A stretch of 64,000 nt of DNA, taken from positions 3,040,001 to 3,104,000 of the forward strand of contig OY968796.1 in NCBI GenBank assembly GCA_963695545.1, written 5' to 3'. This document shows positions 29,939-39,814 of the stretch, in pieces. Each line of letters opens with the position of its first letter. Position 1 is the first letter of the stretch. The translations under genes and the position numbers were made by a program. The notes beneath the pieces were generated by a model, which did no database searches, had not been told where the DNA came from, and saw only the letters and a list, made by a program, of their open reading frames with translations. The stretch comes from Terriglobia bacterium. Lineage in GTDB: Bacteria > Acidobacteriota > Terriglobia > Acidiferrales > UBA7541.

Positions 29939-30811
29939 CTACCTCTCGCCCCACTTCAACTTGTCGCGCAAAATCTCGTAGTACGTCTGCCGCTCCGGCC
30001 GCACCAACCGCAGCCGTTCCGCCGCGCGCGTTACCACCACGCGGTCTCCGGATTCGAGCTTGATCCCGATCTGTCCATCGACCGTCAGATACACCGCTTC
30101 CTGGCCGCGAGCCAGCACTTCAATGCGCGCCGCATCCGGCACAACCAGCGGCCGATTTGTGAGCGTGTGTGGGCAGATCGGGGTCACCACCAGCGCCTCG
30201 ACCAGCGGATGCACGATCGGTCCGCCCGCGGAGAGCGAATACGCGGTCGATCCGGTCGGCGTGGAAAGTATCAGGCCGTCGGCTTTGTAGCAGCAGACGA
30301 ATTGGCCGTTGATCGTGAGTTCAAGATCCAGAATCCGCGAGAGCGCGCCCTTGTTGATCACCGCGTCATTCAGCGCCCGCTGACGCTCGATCACACTCCC
30401 GTCCCGCGTCACTTCCACGCCCAGCATCACGCGCTCGCTGATGCGGTTCTTGTGGCTGAACACTTCTTCCAGGATTGGATAGAGCTCCTCGAGCGTCACG
30501 CTGGTCAAAAATCCCAGGCCGCCGAGGTTCACCGGAAGAATCGGCACGCCGCGAGGGTTTTCAAGTCGCGCTGCGGCGATCAGCGTTCCGTCTCCGCCCA
30601 GCACGATCATCAAATCGACCAGGCCCGGCAGGTCTTCGCGCTTCCGCTCGTCCGCGCGTGGCGCGCACGCAACCGACGCGGCGGTCTCCGGATCCACGTA
30701 CATTTTCACGCCGCGCGCAGCCAGCCAATCGAGCAGCGCCGGCACAACCTTCGAGATGTCCGCGCGCCGCGGCCGCGCGATGATGCCCACAGTGCGGATG
30801 GAGTCGCTCAC
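29939..30811 (-). CDS. nadK: NAD kinase
   Basis: LGGDGT, GGLGFL, ALND, DGLILSTPTGSTAYSLSAGGP. Confidence 0.95.
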   Translation of the reverse strand: MSDSIRTVGIIARPRRADISKVVPALLDWLAARGVKMYVDPETAASVACAPRADERKREDLPGLVDLMIVLGGDGTLIAAARLENPRGVPILPVNLGGLGFLTSVTLEELYPILEEVFSHKNRISERVMLGVEVTRDGSVIERQRALNDAVINKGALSRILDLELTINGQFVCCYKADGLILSTPTGSTAYSLSAGGPIVHPLVEALVVTPICPHTLTNRPLVVPDAARIEVLARGQEAVYLTVDGQIGIKLESGDRVVVTRAAERLRLVRPERQTYYEILRDKLKWGER

Positions 30812-30876
30812 GAGCGCATTCTACCGCATCGAGCCGCCGCTCCGGAAATTCCGTGTCATCGGAACGCTGCGGCGAA

Positions 30877-31656
30877 TCATGAAGTCGGCGCACGCGCATC
30901 GCGGCCGCGCGCGTACAGGAAAAATTCCTGGTTGCCTTCCGCGCCGGCCAGACGCGACGCGCGCACTCCCACAATTTCGAGCCCCGCCGCAACGGCCGCC
31001 GCCCGCACGCGTTCGATCGCGCGTTCGTGCAACGCCGCGTCGCGCACGATGCCTCCCGCGCCGACGTCGCCGCGCGGCAACTCGAATTGCGGCTTCACCA
31101 GTATCAAAAAGTCCGCCCGGGGCGAAACCGCCGCGACGATAGCCGGCAGAATTGCGGCCACGGAAATAAACGACACGTCCACCGTCACGATTTCCGCCGC
31201 CACGCCGCCCAAATCGCTGGCCCGCAGATACCGCGCGTTCCGTTCGACCGGCGCAACGCGCGCATCCTGCCGCAATCTCCAATCCAATTGGTCCGAGCTC
31301 ACGTCCACCGCGTACACGCGCTGCGCGCCGCGCTGCAACATGCAATCGGTAAATCCGCCCGTCGAAACGCCCACATCGAGGCAAATCTTGCCGGAAACGC
31401 TAACGCCGAAATCTTCGAGCGCGCCTTCAAGTTTAATTCCGCCGCGGCTCGCATATCGCGTAGCGCCGCCCGCGATTTCGATCCGCGCGCCGACGGGAAC
31501 CAGCGCCCCGGCCTTCACGCGCTCAAGGCCCGCGACGCGAACTTCGCCGGCAAGGATCATCGCCTGCGCCTTCTGCTGCGATTCCGCGAGCCCGCGTTCC
31601 ACCAGCAGCGCATCCAGGCGCCTCGTTTCACTTTTTTTCTTTTTTGTTGGAGTCAC
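30877..31656 (-). CDS. tlyA: TlyA family rRNA 2'-O-methyltransferase
   Basis: S4 domain RLDALLVERGL, YASRGGIKL, STGGFTD, DVSFIS, LVKPQFE, GNQEF. Confidence 0.93.
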   Translation of the reverse strand: MTPTKKKKSETRRLDALLVERGLAESQQKAQAMILAGEVRVAGLERVKAGALVPVGARIEIAGGATRYASRGGIKLEGALEDFGVSVSGKICLDVGVSTGGFTDCMLQRGAQRVYAVDVSSDQLDWRLRQDARVAPVERNARYLRASDLGGVAAEIVTVDVSFISVAAILPAIVAAVSPRADFLILVKPQFELPRGDVGAGGIVRDAALHERAIERVRAAAVAAGLEIVGVRASRLAGAEGNQEFFLYARGRDARAPTS

Positions 31657-31689
31657 AACGATTCGCCGCGTCGCGTCGCGCGAAATCCG

Positions 31690-32568
31690 TCAGGCTCGGC
31701 GCAATGCAATGAATTCGCCGAGCGCGCGAAGATTCGCCGCGCGATCGCCATACACATCGAGCGCCGAAAGCGCTGTGCCTGCCAGCCCCTCCGCGAATTC
31801 GTGCGAGCGCGCAAGACCGTACAACGCCGGATACGTCGCCTTATTCTGCGCCTGGTCTTTCCCCGCAGTTTTTCCGAGCGACGCCGAAGTCTCTTCGACA
31901 TCCAGAATGTCGTCCACCACCTGGAACGCCCACCCAATGTTTTCGCCGAACTCGCGCAGCCGCGCAACATCCGCGTCGTCCGCGCCGCCGCACAGCGCCC
32001 CAGCCACCACCGCCGCGCGAATCAGCGCCGCCGTTTTCGAGCGATGGATATATTCAAGCTGGTCCGCCGTCACGCGCTTTCCCTCGGCTTCGATGTCCGC
32101 CACTTGTCCGCCGACCATCCCGCGCGTACCGGCCGCGCGCGCCACTTCCGCCAGCACCGCCGCGCGCCGACCCGCATCGAGCGGCGCCGTCGCCAGCACT
32201 TCAAACGCGAGCGTCAGCAGCGCATCGCCCGCCAGAATCGCGAGCGCCTCCGTAAATTGTTTGTGGCACGTCGGTTTCCCGCGGCGCAAATCGTCGTTAT
32301 CGAGCGCCGGCAAATCGTCATGAATCAGCGAATAGGTGTGGATGAATTCAAACGCGCAAGCCGCCGGCAGCGCCGCAGAAATGTCGGCGGCGAAAATGCG
32401 CGCCGCTTCGAGACACAAAATCGGCCGCACTCTTTTTCCGCCCGCGAATACGCTGTAGCGCATCGCCCGGTGAATCGACGGCGGCGGCGTGGTGGCAGCG
32501 GGCAGCAACTGTTCGAGCGATTGCTCGACCAGTTGCCGATCCTGCTCGAAAAATTCTGGGAGTTTCAT
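31690..32568 (-). CDS. ispA: Farnesyl-diphosphate synthase/geranyltranstransferase
   Basis: GGKRVRP, SLIHDDLPALDNDDLRRG, FQVVDDILD. Confidence 0.93.
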   Translation of the reverse strand: MKLPEFFEQDRQLVEQSLEQLLPAATTPPPSIHRAMRYSVFAGGKRVRPILCLEAARIFAADISAALPAACAFEFIHTYSLIHDDLPALDNDDLRRGKPTCHKQFTEALAILAGDALLTLAFEVLATAPLDAGRRAAVLAEVARAAGTRGMVGGQVADIEAEGKRVTADQLEYIHRSKTAALIRAAVVAGALCGGADDADVARLREFGENIGWAFQVVDDILDVEETSASLGKTAGKDQAQNKATYPALYGLARSHEFAEGLAGTALSALDVYGDRAANLRALGEFIALRRA

Positions 32569-32611
32569 CGGATGGCCCGGCAGGGAATCAAGTGCAACGC
32601 ACGCGGCGCCG

Positions 32612-32944
32612 TCAGGGCTCGTCGTCGGGACCTTCGAGGCCTTCGTCGTCTTCATCGTCCTCGTCGTCCTCGGCGGCTTTCGCGGCGCCCTCCGGCTCAA
32701 ACGGTTCCGCGACCACTTCGCCGCCCGCCTTCTTCAACAGAATTTCGACCTTGCCTTCGGCCTGGTCCAATTGCTTCTGGCAATCGCGCGAAAGCGCCAC
32801 GCCTTCCTCGAAAAGTTTCATCGCGTCATCGAGCGAAAGCGTCGCGCTCTCCAGACGCCGCACAATTTCTTCCAGGCGGGCGAGCGATTGCTCGAACCCC
32901 GGTTTCTTTCCCGGCTCGGGCTTTTTGGTTGGTGCCGGATTCAC
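32612..32944 (-). CDS. xseB: Exodeoxyribonuclease VII small subunit
   Basis: FEQSLARLEEIVRRLE...LFEEGV...L..AEGKV with acidic tail. Confidence 0.92.
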   Translation of the reverse strand: MNPAPTKKPEPGKKPGFEQSLARLEEIVRRLESATLSLDDAMKLFEEGVALSRDCQKQLDQAEGKVEILLKKAGGEVVAEPFEPEGAAKAAEDDEDDEDDEGLEGPDDEP

Positions 32945-33191
32945 AGCGAGGCAACCTCGTCGTCGTTCGTTCTGTCGTCGAACGTAGACAGCATTCTAAG
33001 GCACGCCGAAGAACCGAGACAACGCCTTTGTGCGGGCCCAGCGCCTCGACGGCGCCGAAGCGCGTCACGTGCCGAATCCAGCTCGTGCGCGCGAGAACGC
33101 CGCTCGAAACGCGCCGAACGGTACTAGAATCGTCCCCACGGCAACGTGACGCCATCCACATCATGACGCCATCCACCGAGCGCATCCTCCG

Positions 33192-34574
33192 ATGATCGGC
33201 CTGCGCCTGCTCGGCATCTTCGCGCTCGTCCTCATCAACGGCTTCTTCGCCGCCGCGGAATTTTCGCTCGTCGCGGTTCGACTCTCTCGCGTGCGCCAGT
33301 TGGTCGAAAAAGGCAGCACACGCGCCCGCGTCGTCGAACGCCTCACCGGCCAACTCGATCGCGTGGTCTCCGGCGTGCAAGTCGGCATCACGCTCACCAG
33401 CCTCGGCCTCGGCGCCCTGGGCGAACTCACACTCGCGGCCTTCTTGCGCCCCATGCTCGCCTGGCTGCCGGGCCGCCCTGCGGTTGTCGTGCTTCACGCC
33501 ATTTCGCTGGTGCTTGCGTTCGCTCTCTTGACCATGCTGCACGTCGTGCTCGGCGAGCTTGTGCCGAAATCGCTCAGTTTGCAACGCGCCGAACGCGTGG
33601 CGCTGATGATCGCGCTCCCCTTCGATTGGTATCTCCACACCTTCCGTTGGGCCATCGATTTCCTCGACGGTTTGAGCCGCGTGGTTCTTCGCGTCCTCGG
33701 CGGACGCGGCGGCCACAGCCACACCCTCGTTCATTCCGCTGAAGAACTCGAAATTCAGGTCCAGCAAGCGCGCGAGCGCGGCCTTCTTTCGCAGAGCGAA
33801 GAAAAGTTCATCCTCAGCGCGATCCAACTCGGCCAGCTCCGCGTGCGCGAAATCATCGTGCCGCGTCCCGATATGCACGTCCTCCCCGTGGAAGCCGATC
33901 TCGAGGAAACTCTTCGCGTCTTCGTCACCACGCAGCGCTCGCGCATTCCCGTTTACGAAGGCTCGGTCGATCACTTGCTCGGCTTCGTGCATATCAAAGA
34001 CATGCTCTGGGTTCTTCTCGATCGGCAGCGCCGCGCCGAAGAAGGCGTGCCGCCTCCCACGTTCGATCTGCGCCGCCTTCTGCGCGAGCTGCCCATCATT
34101 CCCGAAAGCAAATCCGCCGCGGAACTCCTCACCGAACTCCGCGCGCATCGCGCCGGCATGGCCGCTGTCGTGGACGAATTCGGCAGCATCCTTGGTCTTG
34201 TCACACTCGAAGATTTGATCGAGCAGGTGGTCGGCGAAATTCACGATGAATTCGACGTCGTCGAGCGCCCGCAAGTCGTTGGCCGCGGTCCGGATCCCGC
34301 GATGATTTTTGACGCTTCACTTCCCGTGCGCGATCTCGCGTCGCAATACGATATCGAGCTGCCCGAAGATCCCGCTTACGCCACCGTCGGCGGTTTTGTT
34401 CTGAACCAATTGCAATTCATCCCGCGCGGCGGCGAAACGTTTGAATTCGGCGGCTATCGTTTCACCGTCGTCGAAATGGATCGCCGTCGCGTGGCTCGCG
34501 TGAAGATCGAGCGCCTGAAGCCCGCCGCGGCCCACGAAGCGGCCAACACTCCTCGTTCCGCGGGCGACGCATGA
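33192..34574 (+). CDS. Hemolysin-family CNNM/CBS/CorC transporter
   Basis: NGFFAAAEFSLV, GELVPK, SRIPVY, VVDEFG...LEDLIEQVVGEI, CorC C-domain. Confidence 0.92.
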   Translation: MIGLRLLGIFALVLINGFFAAAEFSLVAVRLSRVRQLVEKGSTRARVVERLTGQLDRVVSGVQVGITLTSLGLGALGELTLAAFLRPMLAWLPGRPAVVVLHAISLVLAFALLTMLHVVLGELVPKSLSLQRAERVALMIALPFDWYLHTFRWAIDFLDGLSRVVLRVLGGRGGHSHTLVHSAEELEIQVQQARERGLLSQSEEKFILSAIQLGQLRVREIIVPRPDMHVLPVEADLEETLRVFVTTQRSRIPVYEGSVDHLLGFVHIKDMLWVLLDRQRRAEEGVPPPTFDLRRLLRELPIIPESKSAAELLTELRAHRAGMAAVVDEFGSILGLVTLEDLIEQVVGEIHDEFDVVERPQVVGRGPDPAMIFDASLPVRDLASQYDIELPEDPAYATVGGFVLNQLQFIPRGGETFEFGGYRFTVVEMDRRRVARVKIERLKPAAAHEAANTPRSAGDA

Positions 34575-35491
34575 CGCGCAAAATCCTCCAGCGCATCGCC
34601 TACACGCTGCCCGCCGTCTGGCTGATTCTTACGACGGTTTTTTTATTGATTCACATCGTTCCCGGCGATCCCGTGGTGCAAATGCTTGGCGAAGACGCCA
34701 GCGCCCAAGATCTCTCGCAGCTTCGCCACGCACTCGGCCTCGACGCGCCGCTCGGCACGCAGTACCTGCGCTATCTTTCCGGATTATTTCGCGGCGATTG
34801 GGGCAAGTCTTTCCATTTCGGCAGTTCCGTCTCCGCCATCGTGTTCCAGCATTTTCCGGCCACGCTCGAATTGGCGCTGGCCGGTTTGTTCGTGTGCCTG
34901 ATCATCGCGGTTCCCGCCGGCGTTTATTCCGCCGCGCACCAGGGAAGTGCAGGCGATCACGCCGCCTCGGTATTCACGCTGCTCGGCCTTTCGCTGCCGA
35001 ATTTCGCGCTTGGCCCGCTGCTGATTCTCGCTTTCTCGATCGAGCTCGGATGGCTGCCCGTCTCCGGCCGCGGCGGCATCGCGCATTTGATTTTGCCCGC
35101 CGTAACGCTCGGCGCTGCGCTCGCCGCCATTCTCACGCGGATGGTGCGCGCCTCGATGATCGAAGAATTGTCCAGCGACTACGTGCGCACCGCGCGCGCC
35201 AAAGGCTTGTCGGAGCGCCGCGTGCTTTTCCGCCACGCGCTGCCCAACGCGCTGATCCCCATCATCACCATCGTCGGCCTGCAATTCGGCGCGCTGCTCG
35301 CCGGCACAATCGTCACGGAAACAATTTTTTCCTGGCCCGGCATCGGCCGCCTCGCCGTGCAAGCCATCACCGAGCGCGATTATCCGCTTCTGCAGGGCTG
35401 CATCCTGGTGATCGCGCTTTCCTGCGTGCTTGTGAATTTGCTCACTGACTTAATCTACGCCGTGATCGACCCGCGGGTGCGCGTCGAATGA
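34571..35491 (+). CDS. Peptide/nickel ABC permease (DppB/OppB-like)
   Basis: VPGDP, DYVRTARAKGL, ETIFSWPGIG, DPRVR. Confidence 0.92.
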   Translation: MTRKILQRIAYTLPAVWLILTTVFLLIHIVPGDPVVQMLGEDASAQDLSQLRHALGLDAPLGTQYLRYLSGLFRGDWGKSFHFGSSVSAIVFQHFPATLELALAGLFVCLIIAVPAGVYSAAHQGSAGDHAASVFTLLGLSLPNFALGPLLILAFSIELGWLPVSGRGGIAHLILPAVTLGAALAAILTRMVRASMIEELSSDYVRTARAKGLSERRVLFRHALPNALIPIITIVGLQFGALLAGTIVTETIFSWPGIGRLAVQAITERDYPLLQGCILVIALSCVLVNLLTDLIYAVIDPRVRVE

Positions 35492-36357
35492 CATATCGCA
35501 ACAACCTCGGCCAATTCCTGCGCAGCAGCCGCCTCGGCCGCTGGGGCGCGGCGCTGGCGTTGCTGCTTGTCGTCTCGGCGATTGCCGCGCCGTGGATCGC
35601 GCGTCAAAATCCCGCCGCGCAAGACTTGCCGAACCGCTTGATGTCCCCCAGCGCTGCTCATTGGTTCGGCACCGACGAACTCGGGCGCGACATTTTCTCG
35701 CGCACGCTCTACGGCGCGCGCGTTTCGCTGACGGTGGGGATTTCCGTAGTGATCGGCGCGGGACTCGTCGGCCTCGCGATCGGTTGCCTCGCCGGCTATT
35801 TCGGCGGCGCGCTCGACCGCTTCGTGAACATCATCCTCATCAACACTTTTCTTTCATTCCCCGGCGTGCTTCTCGCGATCGCGCTCGCCGCATCGCTCGG
35901 CCCCGGCTTGCGCAATGTGATCATCGCGCTCGTGATCACAGGCTGGGCCGGCTACGCGCGCCTCGCGCGCGCGCAAGTTTTAAAAGTGAAGGAATTGGAT
36001 TTCATCGCCGCCGCGCGTTCTCTCGGTGCCTCCGACGCTCGCATCCTCTGGCGCCATTTGTTGCCAAACACCATCCAGCCCGTGCTGATTCAAGCCACCA
36101 TCGGCATGGCCAGTGCCATCCTCGCCGAATCCACGCTCAGTTTTCTCGGCCTTGGCGTCCTCGCGCCCACGCCAAGCTGGGGCGCGATGCTCAACGACGC
36201 GCGCAATCATCTCTTCGATGCGCCGCACATGATCGTTTTCCCCGCGCTCGGAATCATGGCCGCCGTGCTCTCATTCAATCTGCTCGGCGACGCCCTCCGC
36301 GATTGGCTCGATCCACGCACGCGCTCTTTCCTAATTACGCAAGACCTCGCGCGATGA
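35488..36357 (+). CDS. Peptide/nickel ABC permease (DppC/OppC-like)
   Basis: HWFGTDELGRD, HLLPN, LSFLGLG...PSWG, GDALRDWLDPR. Confidence 0.92.
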   Translation: MTYRNNLGQFLRSSRLGRWGAALALLLVVSAIAAPWIARQNPAAQDLPNRLMSPSAAHWFGTDELGRDIFSRTLYGARVSLTVGISVVIGAGLVGLAIGCLAGYFGGALDRFVNIILINTFLSFPGVLLAIALAASLGPGLRNVIIALVITGWAGYARLARAQVLKVKELDFIAAARSLGASDARILWRHLLPNTIQPVLIQATIGMASAILAESTLSFLGLGVLAPTPSWGAMLNDARNHLFDAPHMIVFPALGIMAAVLSFNLLGDALRDWLDPRTRSFLITQDLAR

Positions 36358-36400
36358 GTCTTGCGTGCGATCAATTGTTGGAAATGAGAGTCCAGAAAAA

Positions 36401-37201
36401 TCAGGAAGGAGTGCGTGACAAAACAACTTCCGAGCCGCGGCTCGCGCCCAGCGCTTTCGCTGCGTTGCCCTTGTTTACCGCGATCTCGACGTACCCGCTT
36501 GATCCGATCAGCGCCACAGGCTCCGCGGAATTTCCTTCGCCAAACGTGGCCACAAATCGCTCCACGCTTTTTCCGCCGACCTGCAATTTTATTTTGCCGG
36601 TCGCCACAGTGGCCTCCGGCAAATCTTCTGCGCGCAAATTCGTCATCAGGTTGCCGAACGCATCCACGTGCAGCACGACTGCTTTCAGCGAATCTCCAGC
36701 GGCCTTCGGTTTCGGCAACACGAACCGCGTGAAGTCCGTAATTTCCTCGCCGAACGATTCCGTCGCCCAAGCCTTGGAGAGATACGCCGCAACCGGCGCG
36801 AAAACGTCTCGCCCGTGGAATGTCGGACTCACCGGCTCGAGAAAATTGTGGCTGGCCGTGACATGTCGCACCACCACGCCCGGATCGCGGTCATAGACCA
36901 TCGAAAGCACGCCGTTGTCCGGCGCAATAAAATATTGATTGTCGGCCGAAACCAGCAGCGGCCGCCGCGCCGTGCCCACGCCCGGGTCCACGATCACGAT
37001 GTGAATGGTTCGCGCCGGAAAATAGGGATACACCGAGCCGATCGTCAGCGCCCCATCGAGCAAATCATACGGCGCTACATGGTGCTGGATATCGATGATG
37101 CGCGCGCTCGGATTGATCCCCAGAATCACGCCCTTCATCGCCGCGACCAAATGGTCGGAAGTGCCGAAATCGGTGGTCAGCGTAATCAGTGGATCGGGCA
37201 C
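36401..37201 (-). CDS. SAM hydroxide adenosyltransferase (DUF62 SAM hydrolase)
   Basis: LTTDFG, VDPGVGTARR, APDNG, TFHGRDVFAP, VDAFGN motifs. Confidence 0.9.
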   Translation of the reverse strand: MPDPLITLTTDFGTSDHLVAAMKGVILGINPSARIIDIQHHVAPYDLLDGALTIGSVYPYFPARTIHIVIVDPGVGTARRPLLVSADNQYFIAPDNGVLSMVYDRDPGVVVRHVTASHNFLEPVSPTFHGRDVFAPVAAYLSKAWATESFGEEITDFTRFVLPKPKAAGDSLKAVVLHVDAFGNLMTNLRAEDLPEATVATGKIKLQVGGKSVERFVATFGEGNSAEPVALIGSSGYVEIAVNKGNAAKALGASRGSEVVLSRTPS

Positions 37202-37357
37202 AGCGTTTTCTCCCTCGCGCGCGCCGCGTTTGGCAGCGCAAGCCGCCGCACGCGCGGCTTTTTCCACGCTAACGGACGCTCCGTTTCCTGTCAAAGACAT
37301 CGCCGCGCCGCGTGCCCCAACCGCCACGGCGCACTTGCGTCGCACGCGGCCGCTGCC

Positions 37358-37386
37358 TTGACCCGTCACTCCAGCAACGATATTCT
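37358..37386 (+). promoter_or_regulatory. Sigma70-type promoter for iscS-mnmA
   Basis: TTGACC-17-TATTCT. Confidence 0.55.
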
Positions 37387-37432
37387 GGATTGGAACGACT
37401 TGCGGCTGCGCCCGCCGACTGTGGCTCGCCCC

Positions 37433-38605
37433 ATGCGACGCATCTACCTCGATAACAACGCAACTACCCCCGTGGACCCTGCGGTCCTCGAAGCGATCTT
37501 GCCGTTCTTCGCGCAGGAATATGGCAATGCCAGCTCGATTCACGGTTTCGGGCAGAAATGTCGCGCTGCGGTCGAGCAAGCGCGCGATGAGGTCGCGCAG
37601 CTTCTAAACGCGCGCGCGTCCGAGATCGTCTTCACCAGCGGCGGCACGGAATCGAACAATCAGGCGATTTTCGGCGTGGTTAACGCCGCGCCCGGCCCAA
37701 GCAAGCACATCGTCACCACCACGGTCGAGCACAGCGCCGTGCTCAATCCGTGCGAAGAACTCGAGCGCCGCGGCGTTGAAGTCACTTACGTAGCTACCAG
37801 CCGCGAAGGCCGCGTGAATCCCGAAGCGATTCGCCAGGCCATTCGCGCTGAAACCGTGCTGATCTCCGTGATGATGGCCAACAACGAAATCGGCACGCTC
37901 CAGCCCGTCGAAGCCATCGCCGCGATTGCTGCGGAGAAGGGAATCGCCTTTCACGTGGATGCCGTGCAGGCCGCCGGAAAAATTCCGGTGGATGTGAAGA
38001 GCATCGGCGCGCCGCTGCTTGCAATTTCCGGCCACAAGCTTTACGCGCCCAAGGGCGTGGGCGCGCTTTACGTTCGCGACGGCACGCAACTCGACGCGCT
38101 GCTTTTCGGCGGCAGGCACGGCCGCGATGGCCGCCCGGGGACGGAAAACGTTCCCGGAATTGTCGGCCTCGGAAAAGCGGCGGAAATCGCGCGCCGCGCG
38201 CTCGCCGAAGAAAATCCGCGCATCGCCGCGATGCGCGATCGTTTCGAGCGCGGCCTGCTCGCGGCCGTGCCGCTGCTGCGAATCAACGGTTCCTGCGCGC
38301 CGCGCACGCCCAACACCTCAAATTTGGTTTTCCCGCACATCGAAGCCGAAGCGCTGGTGATCGCGCTGGATCTGCAGGGCATCGCGTGCTCCGCCGGCGC
38401 GGCCTGCGCCTCGGGTACGATCGAGCCATCGCATGTGCTCACTGCGATCGGCTTGAATCGCGCCGATGCGCGCGCCTCCGTGCGCTTCAGCCTCGGCCGC
38501 TGCACCACGGAAGATGAAATCGATTACGCGCTCGACGTGATTCCGCGCATCGTGCAGCGTCTGCGCAGCCTCTCGCCAACCTGGCGCGAAGCGGTGGTGG
38601 CGTGA
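37433..38605 (+). CDS. iscS: Cysteine desulfurase (IscS/NifS type)
   Basis: YLDNNATT, FTSGGTESNN, SGHKLYAPKG, SAGAAC. Confidence 0.92.
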   Translation: MRRIYLDNNATTPVDPAVLEAILPFFAQEYGNASSIHGFGQKCRAAVEQARDEVAQLLNARASEIVFTSGGTESNNQAIFGVVNAAPGPSKHIVTTTVEHSAVLNPCEELERRGVEVTYVATSREGRVNPEAIRQAIRAETVLISVMMANNEIGTLQPVEAIAAIAAEKGIAFHVDAVQAAGKIPVDVKSIGAPLLAISGHKLYAPKGVGALYVRDGTQLDALLFGGRHGRDGRPGTENVPGIVGLGKAAEIARRALAEENPRIAAMRDRFERGLLAAVPLLRINGSCAPRTPNTSNLVFPHIEAEALVIALDLQGIACSAGAACASGTIEPSHVLTAIGLNRADARASVRFSLGRCTTEDEIDYALDVIPRIVQRLRSLSPTWREAVVA

Positions 38606-39792
38606 TGAGCGCTGCCGTGAATATCGAAGCGATTAGCGCGGCGGAAATTCCTGTGCCGGCCGAAACGCGTGCCGGACTCACCGTCGTCGCCATGAGCGGC
38701 GGCGTCGATAGCTCCACCGTCGCGGCATTGCTCCACCAGCGCGGCGATGCCGTCGTCGGCCTGACCATGCAATTGTGGGATCAGCGCCGCCTGCCCGGCC
38801 TCCGCCCCCTCGGCGCTCCGAGGCAACGCTGCTGCTCGCTCGAAGACGCGCACGACGCGCGGCGCGTCGCGCAGCACCTCGGCATCCCGCATTACGTCGT
38901 GAACTACGAGGAGCGCTTCGAGCAGACCGTGGTGAAGCCGTTCGTCGCGTCGTATCTCGCCGGCGAAACGCCTGTGCCCTGCGCACAGTGCAACAACCAC
39001 GTCAAGTTCGATCCTCTGATTACCACCGCGCGCCAAATCGGCGCCGAGCGCATCGCCACCGGTCACTACGCGCGCATTCGCCGCAATTCGGAAACCGGCC
39101 GCATGATGCTGCTGCGCGCCGCCGACGAATCGAAGGACCAATCCTATTTTCTTTTCGGCCTCACGCAGGAGCAGATGTCGCGCACCGTTTTCCCGCTCGG
39201 CGAATTCGGCAAGCAGCGCGTGCGCGAACTCGCTCGCGAGGCGGCGCTGCCCGTGGCGGAGAAGCCCGATAGCCAGGAGATTTGCTTTGTGTCGGCCGGC
39301 CATTACGTGCAGTTCATCGAATCGTATTTGGCCGAGCGCGGCGAAAGCATGCCCGACGATCACGGAGAAGTCGTGACCACGAGCGGCGAAGTAATCGGTC
39401 GCCACCAGGGCTTGCATCGATTCACCGTGGGACAGCGCAAGGGCCTCGGATTCGCCGCGGGGCGCGCGATGTATGTCGTCGCGCTCGAGCCGGAGACAAA
39501 ACGCGTCGTCGTCGGAGACGATGCCGAGCTGCGCCGCGCGACGTGCGATGTGCGCGATGTCAATTGGGTCTCGATTGCCGCGCCCGCGGGTCCGGTTCGC
39601 TGTGCCGTCAAAGTTCGCCATCGCCACGAACCGGCGCTCGCCACGATTGAGGCGCTCGATGCCACGACAGCGCGCGTGCGCTTCGATGAGCCGCAGCGCG
39701 CGGTCACGCCGGGACAAGCTGCGGTGTTTTACGACGGAGAAATCGTGCTTGGTGGCGGAACGATTATTTCTGGCGATCCTGAATCGAGATGA
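38605..39792 (+). CDS. mnmA: tRNA 2-thiouridylase MnmA (CxxC-containing type)
   Basis: AMSGGVDS, PCAQCN, ATGHY, KDQSYFL, DSQEICF, TPGQAAVFY. Confidence 0.95.
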   Translation: MSAAVNIEAISAAEIPVPAETRAGLTVVAMSGGVDSSTVAALLHQRGDAVVGLTMQLWDQRRLPGLRPLGAPRQRCCSLEDAHDARRVAQHLGIPHYVVNYEERFEQTVVKPFVASYLAGETPVPCAQCNNHVKFDPLITTARQIGAERIATGHYARIRRNSETGRMMLLRAADESKDQSYFLFGLTQEQMSRTVFPLGEFGKQRVRELAREAALPVAEKPDSQEICFVSAGHYVQFIESYLAERGESMPDDHGEVVTTSGEVIGRHQGLHRFTVGQRKGLGFAAGRAMYVVALEPETKRVVVGDDAELRRATCDVRDVNWVSIAAPAGPVRCAVKVRHRHEPALATIEALDATTARVRFDEPQRAVTPGQAAVFYDGEIVLGGGTIISGDPESR

Positions 39793-39814
39793 AAATTCAC
39801 ATCTAGATGAAAAT

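Noticed and set aside
31629..31646. Poly-T runs at the tlyA 5' end as a phase-variation tract
   Set aside because: They encode a Lys-rich N-terminus (TKKKKS) and the reading frame is intact
29624..32323. 899-aa plus-strand ORF starting at the GTG just after the element promoter
   Set aside because: Antisense shadow of nadK, tlyA and ispA with Arg/Ala/Ser-rich, motif-free translation; long shadow ORFs are expected at this GC. Only its start coinciding with the element is noted.
36401..37201. Possible fluorinase or chlorinase
   Set aside because: Retains the Asp (VDPG), Arg (TARR) and His (FHGRD) pattern of DUF62 SAM hydrolases rather than halogenase residues
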